Assembly (NCBI GenBank): GCA_965287045.1
Contig: OZ336875.1
Coordinates: forward strand, 37,386,001-37,450,000
Direction of reading: 5' to 3'
Length of the DNA: 64,000 nt
Source: Carcharhinus amblyrhynchos
Lineage: Eukaryota
How positions within the stretch are numbered: position 1 is the first letter of the stretch; every line of letters begins with the position of its first letter. Of this stretch, positions 12,458 to 24,666 are shown piece by piece. The translations under genes and the position numbers were made by a program. The notes under the pieces are model-generated. The model was not told where the DNA came from and made no database searches. It saw only the letters and a program-made list of their open reading frames with translations.

Positions 12458-14819
12458 TACAGAACCTCTTGGCTGTGAAATGGGTCCTAGCCTCCTAGCT
12501 GAGAGATGTAGACTGGCCTCTCTGCTTCTGAGGGGTATTCAGTATTTAGGAAGGACAGACAAAAGGAAAAGCGGGAGCTATTGGTTAAAGAGGAAATTAA
12601 TGCACTGGAGATACCATTTCCCCTTTGGTTATTTCAAACTCACAGGTCAGCTGTCGTACCACTGGAATTCTTTCCTTTTGCAGAGCTTAGCATTTCCATA
12701 GCACTGAATCACCCAATCATTCAGGTAAACTGTTCCTGTTTGGGGTATTTAACATTTCTATCTCAGTTACCTAAGTGATTTGTTTCTGCTCTTACAGCAA
12801 TTCATATTTAACCGTCTTTAGATTCTCTCATACTTTTGGAATGACCTGGTCACTTTTAGAGGCTTGCCTCCCACTAGAAATATTGACTGTTAATTGCTAG
12901 GCAGACTTCTATCTTTCAGATTTTTAAAAATTATTGTTACTGTTCGCAGCTATACAAATACTTAACACCAGTGAGATCTGCGGTTTGGCCTCTTGGGGGA
13001 CTTTGGTCCCAGATTTCTGCACACATTCTGGAGGTCCCTTCAGCAGAAGTCAGGGATTGAGTACTAGATTATTAGATTTTGAGGGTATAAAGTCTGAAAA
13101 GAGTGGTTTGATGCTCAATTGATTCTTGATTTAAATCAGCCAATGCACTTTGCTATGACAATTACACAAGATAAAAAGCTGAACTAGTCCAGGACATATG
13201 GTTTAAAAGGCTCAAACCATAACAATATCAAGAGGAGGTGCTGCTTCGTAGCACCAAAGGGTATAGAAAAAGCCAGAATTCAGAACCAGTGGCAGTGGAT
13301 GAATTTCAATACAAAAGAATGCCTACGGTTTGACAGTTTAGGAGTTAAAAGTGCTTAGTTTCAAAGAGCCCAAACTGGAGCTGTGCTGGAGCACTACAGA
13401 AGACCAGAAAACAAATAAGAGAAAATTAGCATGGCTCTGGCCTAGCAGGGCTCAAAATGTGGCTAAGGTCACAGAGAAGGCACAAAGTAATGCAGAAAGA
13501 ACTCAGAATACAGTCAAAACAAGACCAGGAAGAGATAGTAACTGCAACTGTAGCAAGGACTTAAAGTGGCTGCAAGAGAAGACCAAAAGGTCAGAAAGCA
13601 ATCACAACCTCGCCAAGAGGAAAAATTGTGGCTCCATTCTTTATTCAGTACAAAACATTGCTAACATAAGTTAAGTGAAGAGTAAAAAAAATCAATTACT
13701 CCATAATTTTCTGCTGTTTTTCTGTGTCACTGGTACTTACCCACATATAGCCAATTAGGAATTTATTTCACTCATCCCATTTTAGCTAATCACAATTATT
13801 GTTATTATGGCATGATATCTGAATTGTGATATTTAATGTCTCCAGAGCAACACTTTCATTTTGATATATGACAGAATCATGCTTGATGCAAGATTTTAAC
13901 TGTACGGATCTGAAGGGTTTGTTATAAAAACTAAAATTATAGTCTGAGAAAAACAATGCTACAAGCATTCATTCAAGGCCAAAGCATCTGTGACCACTCA
14001 TCTAGCTCTAAAGTGAAAACATCACAGATTTAGCCAAGAGAGAGAATACAGCTTTTGCTATGTTCTGAAAGCTACAAAGGAAATGCAACTTATCAGAGGT
14101 TAGGCCAAAAAGCTGAAGCAGCATCAGGCATTTTAACCACTATCATGATCTGACATCTACCCATCAGCATGCTATGTATAGCACAAAGCAATATTAAAGT
14201 TTCATGATGGAGCTTCCATTTTCCATAACACATACTGAGTAAATATGCTTCCAACTATCATTTATGAGGCTGAATTCAATGCATGTAATTTCTTCATGGT
14301 GAATGAAAGCTGATTTCTTGCTGGCAACAAATCTTTGAGATCAATTAACAATTCTGTCTACGTCCAGCCAATAAACCTTGCATGCTACAGTGCATTAGCT
14401 ATTCCCTCAGTGACAAATGATAGCTTTCCCTAATTCAAATAAACCTTACTCTTCAGTTATTAACTGAATTTTTTCAAGCAGATTCCTTCTCATCTCATCA
14501 CAGCAGAAAGCTGGAATATTGCCTACCATAGTTTTGACAATCAACTTGTAGTCGGTGATAAATTCAAACAATGGATGCAGATATATTGGTCATTCACATA
14601 TTGTATGGAGGTTTGTCCCTTGTTGGTTGACATAAACAATGCATAATATGCAGTATTATCACTGCAAGGGCATCTGGGACAAACTGTTTCTTTATCAAGC
14701 TACTGGTAGAAGAGGAGAGGGAGAAAGTTTCTGTTGCAACTTCAATCTGAACTGGAATTTACCAAGTTATTCCACTCCTAATTTGATAGGTTAATTAATA
14801 TCTTCATTGAGGACATTGA

Positions 14820-15120
14820 AAGTAAAAGTTTATTTATTAGTCATAAGTAGGCTTACATCAATACTGCAATGAAATTACTTTGAAAATCCCCTGGTCGCCA
14901 CACGCCGGTGTCTGTTTGGCTACACTGAGGGAGAATTTAGCATGAAAATGCACCTAACCAGCATGTCTTTTGGACTGTGGGAGGAAACCAGAGCACCAGG
15001 AGGAAACCCAAGCAAACACTGAGAGAACATGCAAACTCCACACAGTCACCCGAGGCTGGAATTGAACCCGGGTCTCTGGTGCTGTGAGACAGCAGCGCTA
15101 ACCACTGTGCCACTATGCCA
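14820..15120 (-). mobile_element. tRNA-derived SINE (HE1-like head, AATAAA-rich tail)
   Basis: Reverse complement: ggcacagtggttagcgctgctg...gggttcaatt...gtggagtttgcatgttctc...gcagtattgatgtaagcctactt...taataaataaactt. Confidence 0.85.
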
Positions 15121-16522
15121 TTATTATTTCTCCATTATTTAGTTCCAGAAGTCCTGCTTTCACAAATGAAACCATTTTGACATCATACTTCGAGCTAGAG
15201 GCAGCAAAACAATCAGATATCCTATAATATATTGATTGTGGGTTGCTGTTATTATGCAGAATCTGTGTTATCAGGAAATTAAACCTGATTAGTTGCTATA
15301 GCCCTCTCAAAGTAGAAAAGAGGATTTAAAGTTATGGAAAATGCATATGCAAAAAATGAGGATTCAACTGCTACAAGGTTGGACTGATAAATCTTTAATT
15401 ATTCATCTAAAGGAAAAATATAAATATAAATATACAAGTCTGTACTTAAAACAGTGGCAGCAACGTATAAACATCGTGACAAAGGATTATTGTTAGGCAA
15501 AGGAATCAAAGGCTACTGAGGCAGATCAGAATGTGGCATTCGAAACATGATCATATTAAATGACAGAGCAGGCTCAAGGAGGTAAACGGCTCACCTTTTC
15601 TTTGAATTTGTATATTCATGTGATTATATTCATTAGTTTAGTCTTTATTACCGGAAGACTAATAGAATTAATAACTAAAAGTAGAAGAAAGGAAGAATAC
15701 CACAATGAATGGCATCCATCACACAACAGAACTAAGAAATTTTCCAATCAGTGTCGGAACCGATTACATTTAAAAGAATTTGGCTTCCAATACAGCAGTC
15801 AGAAGAACTCGTTCAGCACAGAAAATCATGCAGAGACTTGTGAAGAGAATCAGCAAAAGCTGCTGAATGGAAAGTCCAGTCAATTCAAGAGATGTAGTCA
15901 GGTCGTGAAGTGGTCAGGTAGCGTAGAGGTGGAAGGAGTCAAGTCGGAATGGGGAGGGTTAGTCAGGTGGTCAGAGGCGAGAGTGTGTAAGGAGGAATAG
16001 TTGGGTTGGGGGGGTAGTTGAGGAGTCAATGTGTAGTCAGGAACAAGATGGTGGGGGGTTGAGCAAATATGAGGGAAGAGGATCAGTTCTGCAGTTACTC
16101 AGCTGGCGCTGTTCACCACCGGGATTGTCAGATCCCATCAAAAGACAGTGGACTTTTGGCTGGGCTGCTGAATTTCCCACTGTAGGTCCCGCCACGACCA
16201 AGCCGTAAAATTCTGACCTTTCTGCAGAACATTTCCTGGATAACTTCAGATAAGTAAATCAGAACCATCCAAAGTTTCCAACTCTAACTCAGTTGGAGAC
16301 TTTTGCATCAGATCCCAAGGAGCAAGCTGTCAGTAATTCCCATGGAGATCACTGTGTTGGGACTTCTGGAAGGTCATGATGCACATCCAAAAAGTCTTTA
16401 TAAATTTTCACAAGAGACCCTCTTTACCCCTTTGATGAAGAGTCAGCCAATCTCAAAACATTGGCTCGATCCTCTCTCCACAGATGCCATCAGACCTGAG
16501 ATTTCCCAGCATTTTCTGTTTT

Positions 16523-16842
16523 CATAGAATTCCACAGTGCAGAAGGAGGCCATTTGGCCCATCGAGCCTGCTTCGATCACAATCCCATCCCAGGCCCTAT
16601 CCCCATAACACCATGCATTTACCCTAACTAGTCCCCTGGGACTAAGGGGCAATTTACATTGATTGGCCAATCCACCTAACCCGCACATCATTGGATTATG
16701 GGAGGAAATTGCAGCAAACGGAGGAAACCCTTACAGATAAGGGAAGAATGTGCAAACTCCGCACAGTGATCCAAGCCAGGAATTGAATCCAGGTCCGTGG
16801 CACTGTGTGGCAGCAGTGCTAACCACAGTGCTACTGTGCTGC
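16523..16842 (-). mobile_element. HE1-like SINE with CR1-derived tail
   Basis: tRNA-like head (gcactgtggttagcactgctgcc, ggattcaattcc), V-domain-like core, tail ggcctccttctgcactgtggaattctatga. Confidence 0.85.
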
Positions 16843-19800
16843 TTCAGATTCCAGAAACTGCACTAATTTGCTTCTGCCTGTTACAATATATGTTTGAAGA
16901 TGACAGTAAGGTAGAAGTGGAACTGTGTTCCCAGTGATACCCAAGAGTCTGACATTTTTAACTGGGTCAATCAACAGCAAATAGAACTCAAAGAGAAGGT
17001 GCAATATAGAAACTATAATTAAAAATAGCAGTGTACACTCCCATTTGAGAGAGAATGCGCCAAGAGCAAAACTGAAAGAGACTGAATTGTGTTGTTTGAC
17101 TTGTCATTCAACATATTCAAACTGCGTGCAGCAGCAATAAATAAACCAAAAGGATGGATTGGTTGAATTTGAATGCCAAGGAATCATTCCAAAACTACAC
17201 AAAACTCCAGCCAGGCAACACCATTGATGACATAAGGCTCCAGAAATAGCGTACGATAGAGCAATGAGGCTGCTCTGTGGCATTAACTGTGAAAAATAGA
17301 CAACATCTTCAGTCTTAAAACAAAACACTTAATAAAATAAAAGTGAACCTGAAACAATATTTATTTGTACCAAAAAGCACGACAAAGGGGCAGAGGTTCA
17401 AGTTAGTGATGGGCAAGTGTAGGCTGAATGCCAGGAAACATTTATTTGTACACAGAATATCAAAAGTGGGATATAACTGCTAGAAATAATAGGCGAAATC
17501 AAGAAACCAAGATTAATGAAAAGACAGTAGAGTCATCCAACATAGGTCTATAAGCCCATTTGTATTTCACTGCTGCTTACAGGTGGATGAATAAATTCTA
17601 ATTAGTCTTCTAAGTTTTTTAAAATTTCTGAGTAGACCGAAAGGATGAAATCAATTGGACTGATCGCATCTAAACAAAACAACTACTTAGAAGTACCTTT
17701 TAAAACATTCTTATTACCATTATTCATTCACCATTAAGTAGTTCTTTGTGTGACAAGTGCAACAGAAGTGGGCTTGCTTATCCTTTTTTTTGTTCTAGGG
17801 ACAGGAAACTGTTGGCACAGACAAATCGTAATAGAACAGAAAATGCATTTCAGACTGAAATTTTAAAACAGAATGGGATAGAAAAATAGTTGAGAAATGT
17901 TTGTGTTTAATTTCTGATCAATATTAAAAAAAGACTTGTTCGACCAAGTGGATTTTTCATGTTACTAATTTTCTATCGTTCAACATTGAAAATATCAGTG
18001 GTAAACCATCTGTTGATTAGCAAAACATTACAGTAATGTCTTCCACTCTTTCTAGCGTTTGCATCAAGGAAGCCACCTGTTCTAATGACTTTTGCAACAC
18101 TGTGCTGACATAGCTTCAGTGGGGGCTCCCCAGCTGAAATTATGCCCTGTAGTCCAATATTGAGAAAGTTACTTCAGAATCTTTAAATTTATATCTCTCA
18201 AATGAGAACAGCATTTCTGGCTCATAATGTTTTCAGCAATTCAGGATGTAACAAATGTTCCAGGCCAGATGATCATTCGTGGAATTCATCTGCATTGGTG
18301 TTTCTCAAAAGGTAAGGCAAATAGAATGCTAAATAACCTTAGCAGATGTTATTCTTTGTAACGCTACAGAGACAAAATTACTCTATCCTCTGTGGATTGC
18401 AATATTACCTCAACTAACAACTTTAAAAAAGAGTGATTATGTGCAGGATGTGGCTTGAATGCAATGACTCTCCTAAATGTAAAAAAAAGCCTTACAATTT
18501 AGCGAGTTTTACATGCAGAACATTATTACTGCTGTACCAAATGTGGTTTCCAGGTGCAACTTCCTAAACAGTTCTAGCTGACTTTATGTCCACTGTATAA
18601 TTAGCTTTTGACCTTCTGAGCATCAATTGTGCTTTGCAATAATTAAAATATGCATTTTACATACAATATCAAAAATATATTTGCTGCATAGGTTTTTCAA
18701 TAATTGTTAGTATTTGCATACAATAAAAGAAATCTTAACGACATAAAGGCAGGAGTAATCTATTCATTCTTCCTGCCATTCAACTAAATCATGGATAATC
18801 TGTACCTAAAATCTATTTACCCACCTTTGTTCCACATCCTTGTCAAACAAAAATTTATTTCAATCTTGAAGACTTCAAATGGCCCTCACAGGCTTTTGGG
18901 GGAGCAAGTTCCATATTTTCACTAACCTTTCGTGTGAAATTGCATCTTTTGTGCGGTTCCGTACCTAACACTATTACTTTTATTAATTCAAATACTATTA
19001 TCCAAATGTGATCAAAACAACAGAAGCATAATTTTCTCAATTTTCATTTCAATTCTCTTAAGATAAAGACCAACATTCCGTTGGCCTTATTGATTACTTT
19101 TTGTACCATTTCAGGACTGCACGGCATTGATAATTAGAAAAGAATGGTCATCTAATGACCAAGGCAATTAAGGATGAGGGGAGGGCTTTACACTGATCTG
19201 AAGAACTGAGCTGATGTTTCTGTGAGCTGAGGTTTGCCTATCAACCTGGCCACTTCAGCATCAGTCGGCTCCATCTCAGGCCTGCTGCCTGAGGCAGACT
19301 TCCAAAAGATGAAAATTCCATGACAGAGGCATGTTCACAAAACCTGGAAAACTCCTTCCTCCATGATGAAAATACGACTAATCATTACTCTTCCACAATT
19401 TTTAGTCTCTCAACATTAGGAAAATTTTCTGATTTGTATTTTTCAAATCCAAAGTAGATGACTTCAAAATTCCTAATTTTGAATATCAGCAATACATTTT
19501 TCAACTCAATTAGTCTGTCCACGTATCTTCTTCTTCCCATCCACAAAACTTACTGTAATCTTCAAACTTTGGAGTGACAGGATGGAAGGAAAGAATTTCC
19601 AATTAGGAAGCACCTACATGTGAGAAACATCTCAACACACCTAGAGGAGCCTAAGTACAGACAAATGCAAACGTATGAACAAATAAGCACAAAATTGGAT
19701 ATTTACCAAATAAATTTAGGTTCAAAGTAAGTGAGGAAATTGAATAAAAAGGATTTTTGTTTTGCCTTTACAAAAATCCTCTCCTTTATCAGCTCTTCTC

Positions 19801-20065
19801 TTTGTATTTTGTTTTTCTTGGTGCAACAGTGAAACTTCCTTCCACTCAGACTTGGGCTACACATCCTCAAAAATGTAAATGTGTATCGCAAAAAGTTTAA
19901 TTCTGGCATGTGATTCCTTTAGCTTCATTTCTTTTTTTCTGTCAACAATGGTCGAATAATGAAAATGAATGATTGGCCTCAACATATGATCACTTTTAAA
20001 ATAAGTTCCCCAAATTTTGGCACACTACCATTAATTCACCTGCTGAAATATCATGAAAAAACATT

Positions 20066-22522
20066 CATAAGAACATAAGAAATAGGAGCAGGAGTAGGAC
20101 ATCTAGCCCTTCGAGCCTACCCCACCATTCAATAAGATCATGGCTGATCTGAAGTGGATCAGTTCCACTTTCCCGCTTTCTCCCCATAACCCTTAATTCC
20201 CTTGTCTATCAGAGACCTATCTACCCGTGACTTAAATATATTTAGCGAGGTAGCCTCCACCACTTCAACGGGCAGAGAATTCCAAAGATTCACCACCCTT
20301 AGAGTTGAGGAGGAACTTCTTCACTCAATCTAAACTGCGCCCCCCCCCCCCCGCCCTTATCTTGAGACTGCATCCTCTAGTCCTGCTATCCTTTCTAAGC
20401 GGGAAGAATCTCTCTACCTGTACCCTATCCAACCCCTTCATTATCTTATACGTCTCTATAAGATCCTCCCTCAGCCTTCTAAACTCCAATGAGTACACAC
20501 CCAGTCTATTCCGTCTCTCTTCATAGGCCAACCCCATCACCTCCTCTGCATTCCCCCCAAGGCCAATATATCCTTCCGCAAGTGCAGCAACCAAAACTGC
20601 ACACAGTACTCCAGCTGCGGCCTCACCAGTACCCTGTACAGTGGCAACAAGACCTCCCTGCTTTTATATTCTATCCCTCTCGCTGTAAAGGCCAACATTC
20701 CATTCGCCTTCTTGATCACCTGCTGCACCTCCAGACTGGGTTTTTGCCATTCGTGCACAAGGACCCCGAGGTCCCTCTGCACCGTAGCATGTTGCAGCTT
20801 TTTGCCTTTTAAACAATAATCCCTCCTACTATTACTTCTGCCAAAGTGGATAACCTCACACTTGCTAACATTATACTCCATCTGCCAGGTCCTCGCCCAC
20901 TCGCTCAGCCTATCCAGATCTCCCTGCAGACTTTCCACATCCTCCACGCAATTTGCTTTTCCACTCATCTTTGCTTCATCAGCAAATTTCATCACCCTAC
21001 ACTCAGCGCCCCCCCCGATCATCTATATAAATGGTAAACAGTTGAGGCCCCAGCACCGATCCCTGCAGCACTCCACTAGTCACCAACTGCCAACCAGAAT
21101 AGCACCCATTGATACCAACTCTTTGCTTCCTATTAGACAGCCAATCCTCTATCCACGCTAACACCTTACCCCCAACTCCGTGCACCCTAACCTTCTGTGG
21201 CAACCTTTTGTAAGGCACCTTATCAAACACCTTCTGGAAATCTAAAAATACCACATCCACCGGTTCCCCTCTGTCTACTGCACTAGTCACATCCTCATAG
21301 AAATCCAAAAAATTCGTCAAACGCGGCTTCCCCTTAACAAATCCGTGCTGCGTCTGCTCGATCAAACCCTTCTTTTCTAGGTGCCTCGCTATTTCTTCTT
21401 TGATGACCGATTCAAGCATTTTACCAACTACAGACGTTAAACTAACTGGCCTATAATTCCCTGCCTTTTGTCTGCTACCTTTTTTAAACAGCGGCGTAAC
21501 ATTAGCCATTTTCCAATCTTCTGGCATTTCCCCGGAGTCCAGCGAATTTTGATAAATAATTACTAAGGCATCCACTATCACCACTGCCATTTCTTTCAGA
21601 ACCCTGGGATGCATTCCATCTGGTCCTGGGGACTTGTCCACCTTCAGTCCCATTAGTCTATCAAGCTCTTGTGATAGTAATCGCATTTAGGTCCTCATCT
21701 CCTACCATCCTTCTATCTTTAATATCCGGCAAACTATTCGTGTCCTCCTCCGTGAAGACCAAGGCAAAAAACTTATTTAAAGCCTCAGCCATTTCCTCAT
21801 CACCCACCGCTAAATCCCCCCTCTTATCCTCCAAGTGTCCAACATTCACTCTAGCCAGCCTCTTCTTCTTTATATATTTGTAAAAACTTTTACTGTCTTT
21901 TTTTATATTTAGAGCTAGATTAGCTTCATACTCTACCTTTCCTTTCTTTATCACCTTCTTAGTCATTCTTTGTTGATTTTTAAAACTTTCCCAATCTTCT
22001 AATTGCCCACTATTTTTAGCCACTCTGAACGCATCAGCTTTTAATTTAATACTCTCCTTTATTTCCTTCGATAACCATGGCTGGTTATCCCTTCTCCAAC
22101 AGTCCTTCTTTACCAATGGAATATATTTCTGCTGAGTACTGAAAAGATCTCCTTAAAAATCCTCCACTGTTCCTCAGTCGTCCTACCAACAATCTGCGCC
22201 CCCAATCTGCATTCACCAATTCCGCTCTCATCCTGTCATACTCCCCTCTGTTCAAACAGAGGGCACAGGTTTGAGACCCTACTTTCCCATCCTCCAACGG
22301 CATCAGAAATTCAGTCATACTATGATCACTCATCCCAAGAGGATCCCTCACAAGAAGATCCCTAATTCTAACTGCCTCATTGCACAACAACAGATCTAAG
22401 ATAGCACGCTCCCTCGTAGGTTCCGTCACATACTGTTCAAAGAAACTATCCCGACAGCATTCCAAGAACTCTTCCTCAAGCCCACCGCATCCGACTTGGG
22501 TCATCCAATCAATATGCAGATT
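20066..22522 (-). mobile_element. CR1/HER1 LINE, 5'-truncated within endonuclease, several frameshifts and deletions
   Basis: ORFs 22085..22528 (EPTRERAILDL, SDH), 21661..22116, 21003..21686, 20537..21022, 20325..20594; ATAAGAAC tail. Confidence 0.95.
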
Positions 22523-22560
22523 CGGCAAACATTACTTGCTTTAAAGCAAAAGAACCTTAC

Positions 22561-22676
22561 TTTCGTTGTTCCATTGCATTGTTGTCACTCAGAACTGTTG
22601 ATATACTCAATTCAATTAACTGTATCGACAAAAAACGAGGCAGTTTTCTGTGGAGACGCTAGTTCTTAAAAGGAGT
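22561..22676 (-). other. Candidate spliced exon (5' UTR, possibly ending in a start codon)
   Basis: Minus strand: tgtgttttgtcacAG acceptor, AA|GTAAGG donor, 116 nt; all frames closed until ATGs at 22579 and 22574 (GCAATGG context, MEQR...). Confidence 0.25.
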
Positions 22677-24249
22677 CTGTGACAAAACACAGGTCTTTCA
22701 CAAAATCAGCATTCACTTCAAATTCAGAATCAAGAAAAATAGGCCTATTGACACCATGGTAAAACTAATTACACCACTCTGTTCAAGGTTAACCTAACGG
22801 TAAAAGCTATCCAACTTTGGCTCTTTTTTAGGAATATGTTAGAAAAATTATACACTGTCATATGTCAACTCAGAAAGAAGGCATATGATGAGTACGTTCA
22901 AATGTGTTCGTTTTACACAAATGTAGACAAACTTCTGACTTGGACTAACCTAGAATAAGGTACTAAATATCACAAAATGCTAGGGCAGCACTCACATCTT
23001 CACTGTATTTGTAGGTTGAGTAATACAAAGAGTTTTGAGAATGACAGCAACATAATTTCCACTTAACCACTGTATCATTCAAATTTGAAGAGCTACGTTT
23101 AAATGGAAATAAATGTTTTGTAGCCAAGTTATAATACAAACCAAGGCTTAGTAGTTTGGATGCTGTTTGTTTCCATTCTCATAAGGTGGTATAGAACAAT
23201 AAGCACATATGCACAATAACCAGAGTTTAAATTGTAGGCTAGGTGACTAGTAAGATGCAAGCTAACTTTCAGTTTTGCTAATCAATATTCCAACTACTGC
23301 ACTTACAAAACTATGCTAGAAAGTTGCACAGTCCGCTTCACAATCTTGAACATCCATTTTGCATTTATTCCAATGAGTCTTGTCAGTGCAAAAGTGACTA
23401 CATGAAGTGTGAGCAATTGTTAAAATAATTTAAGTTTGGAATCAATTAAATCTAACTGTATTTAAGTAATCTAAGTATTTTTTTAAAGGAAACAAGACAA
23501 ATTCTCCACTCAATGGGGTAAGCATTAATACAGCAACATTCTAAACTGCAGAGAGGAAGGACATTGGTGCTCATCTACAATTCTGCACACTGTATTTGAC
23601 CACCTTTACCAGGGTAGAAATATACTGAGGAAGTAAGGGAGGAAATGGAGTGAAGCTACCCTGTGCTCGCAAACATTCTAGTGGTCAGCTGCAGTACAGA
23701 CAAGCCTTGAAACAAACTCCAGCCTGCAGCCAGTTTAGAGAGGAAGGAGAATTCTAAAGAAGCATTAGTAAAGAATGTGGAGCTGTTAACCAGTCATTTC
23801 TCTAGATAGTGGCATTCAACCTGCATGTGAAACAACGTTATTACTGGAGATAAGCCTACACGTAGAGATGATGCATGAATCTGCACTACTAACATTTCAA
23901 GTACACTTCTTGATTAACTGGGTTTAATTGGTAACATTGCTTGTATTCTGGGATGAAATCTGCAGGTATGGCGAAAACTACATTGGTCATAATTTTGCTG
24001 AAGCCTGGTAGCCATTTCATATCACTCCAATGTCCACTCTCATATCCTCATCATAGGGAGTAGGGCAGGGGAGGCAGGTGGTGGAGGTGCATAATTATAC
24101 AGAACATTTCTTGCTTCTAGGATGACATTTATTAGCTAAATGTCTTTCATTTTGGCCTTCATTTTGAACTACTGCTGTTGGAACTAACCAAATGTCTCAT
24201 CAGGGTTGGTATAAAAAATTCCAACCCAAATGAGACATTCTAATAAATA

Positions 24250-24365
24250 AAATTCTCCCTCAGTGTACCTGAACAGGTGCTGGAGTGTGGCTTCTAGGGG
24301 ATTTACACAGTAACTTCTTTGCAATGTTAATGTAAACCTACTTGTGACATTAATAAATAAACTTT
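24250..24365 (+). mobile_element. SINE 3' fragment (AATAAA-tail family)
   Basis: aaattctccctcagtgtacc...gtaacttctttgcaatgttaatgtaaacctacttgtgacattaataaataaacttt. Confidence 0.8.
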
Positions 24366-24666
24366 AAAACTTCAAACTTTAAAACCTTCACCTTTTGAGC
24401 ATTACCAACTAGTTTTGCTAATATTCTTTATTTTTCGCAAATAGATCATTTGCCAGTGACAGCTTCTAAGGTTCAGAGACGTACTAGAAATGATTCAGTG
24501 ATGGGGAAGGTAAAGGATATAGTATTGAAAGGAACAGTAGCTGGAACACATCATCCATATCCTGATTTGAAGCCATGTGTGTCAAGACTGCTTGAGTTGA
24601 CCGTTCATGGAGGGTATCTGTTGAGGAGAATTTGAATGATCATTCTCCCTAGTCTGCGTGGAAGAG

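Noticed and set aside
11299-12967. Possible solo LTR (TGTGAG...TTAACA) hosting the CR1 at 11723
   Set aside because: No matching TSD, PBS or PPT could be identified, so the boundaries are unsupported.
13741-13943. Minus-strand exon candidate with a strong GTAAGT donor
   Set aside because: All frames closed and no other support; such signals are common by chance.
14406-14501. Box C (GTGATGA) and box D (CTGA) on the minus strand suggesting a snoRNA
   Set aside because: No terminal stem and no recognisable rRNA/snRNA antisense element.
14483-14646. Plus-strand open frame IPSHLITAESWNIAYHSFDNQLVVGDKFKQW... with AG/GT flanks
   Set aside because: No recognisable homology, and no neighbouring exons on that strand.
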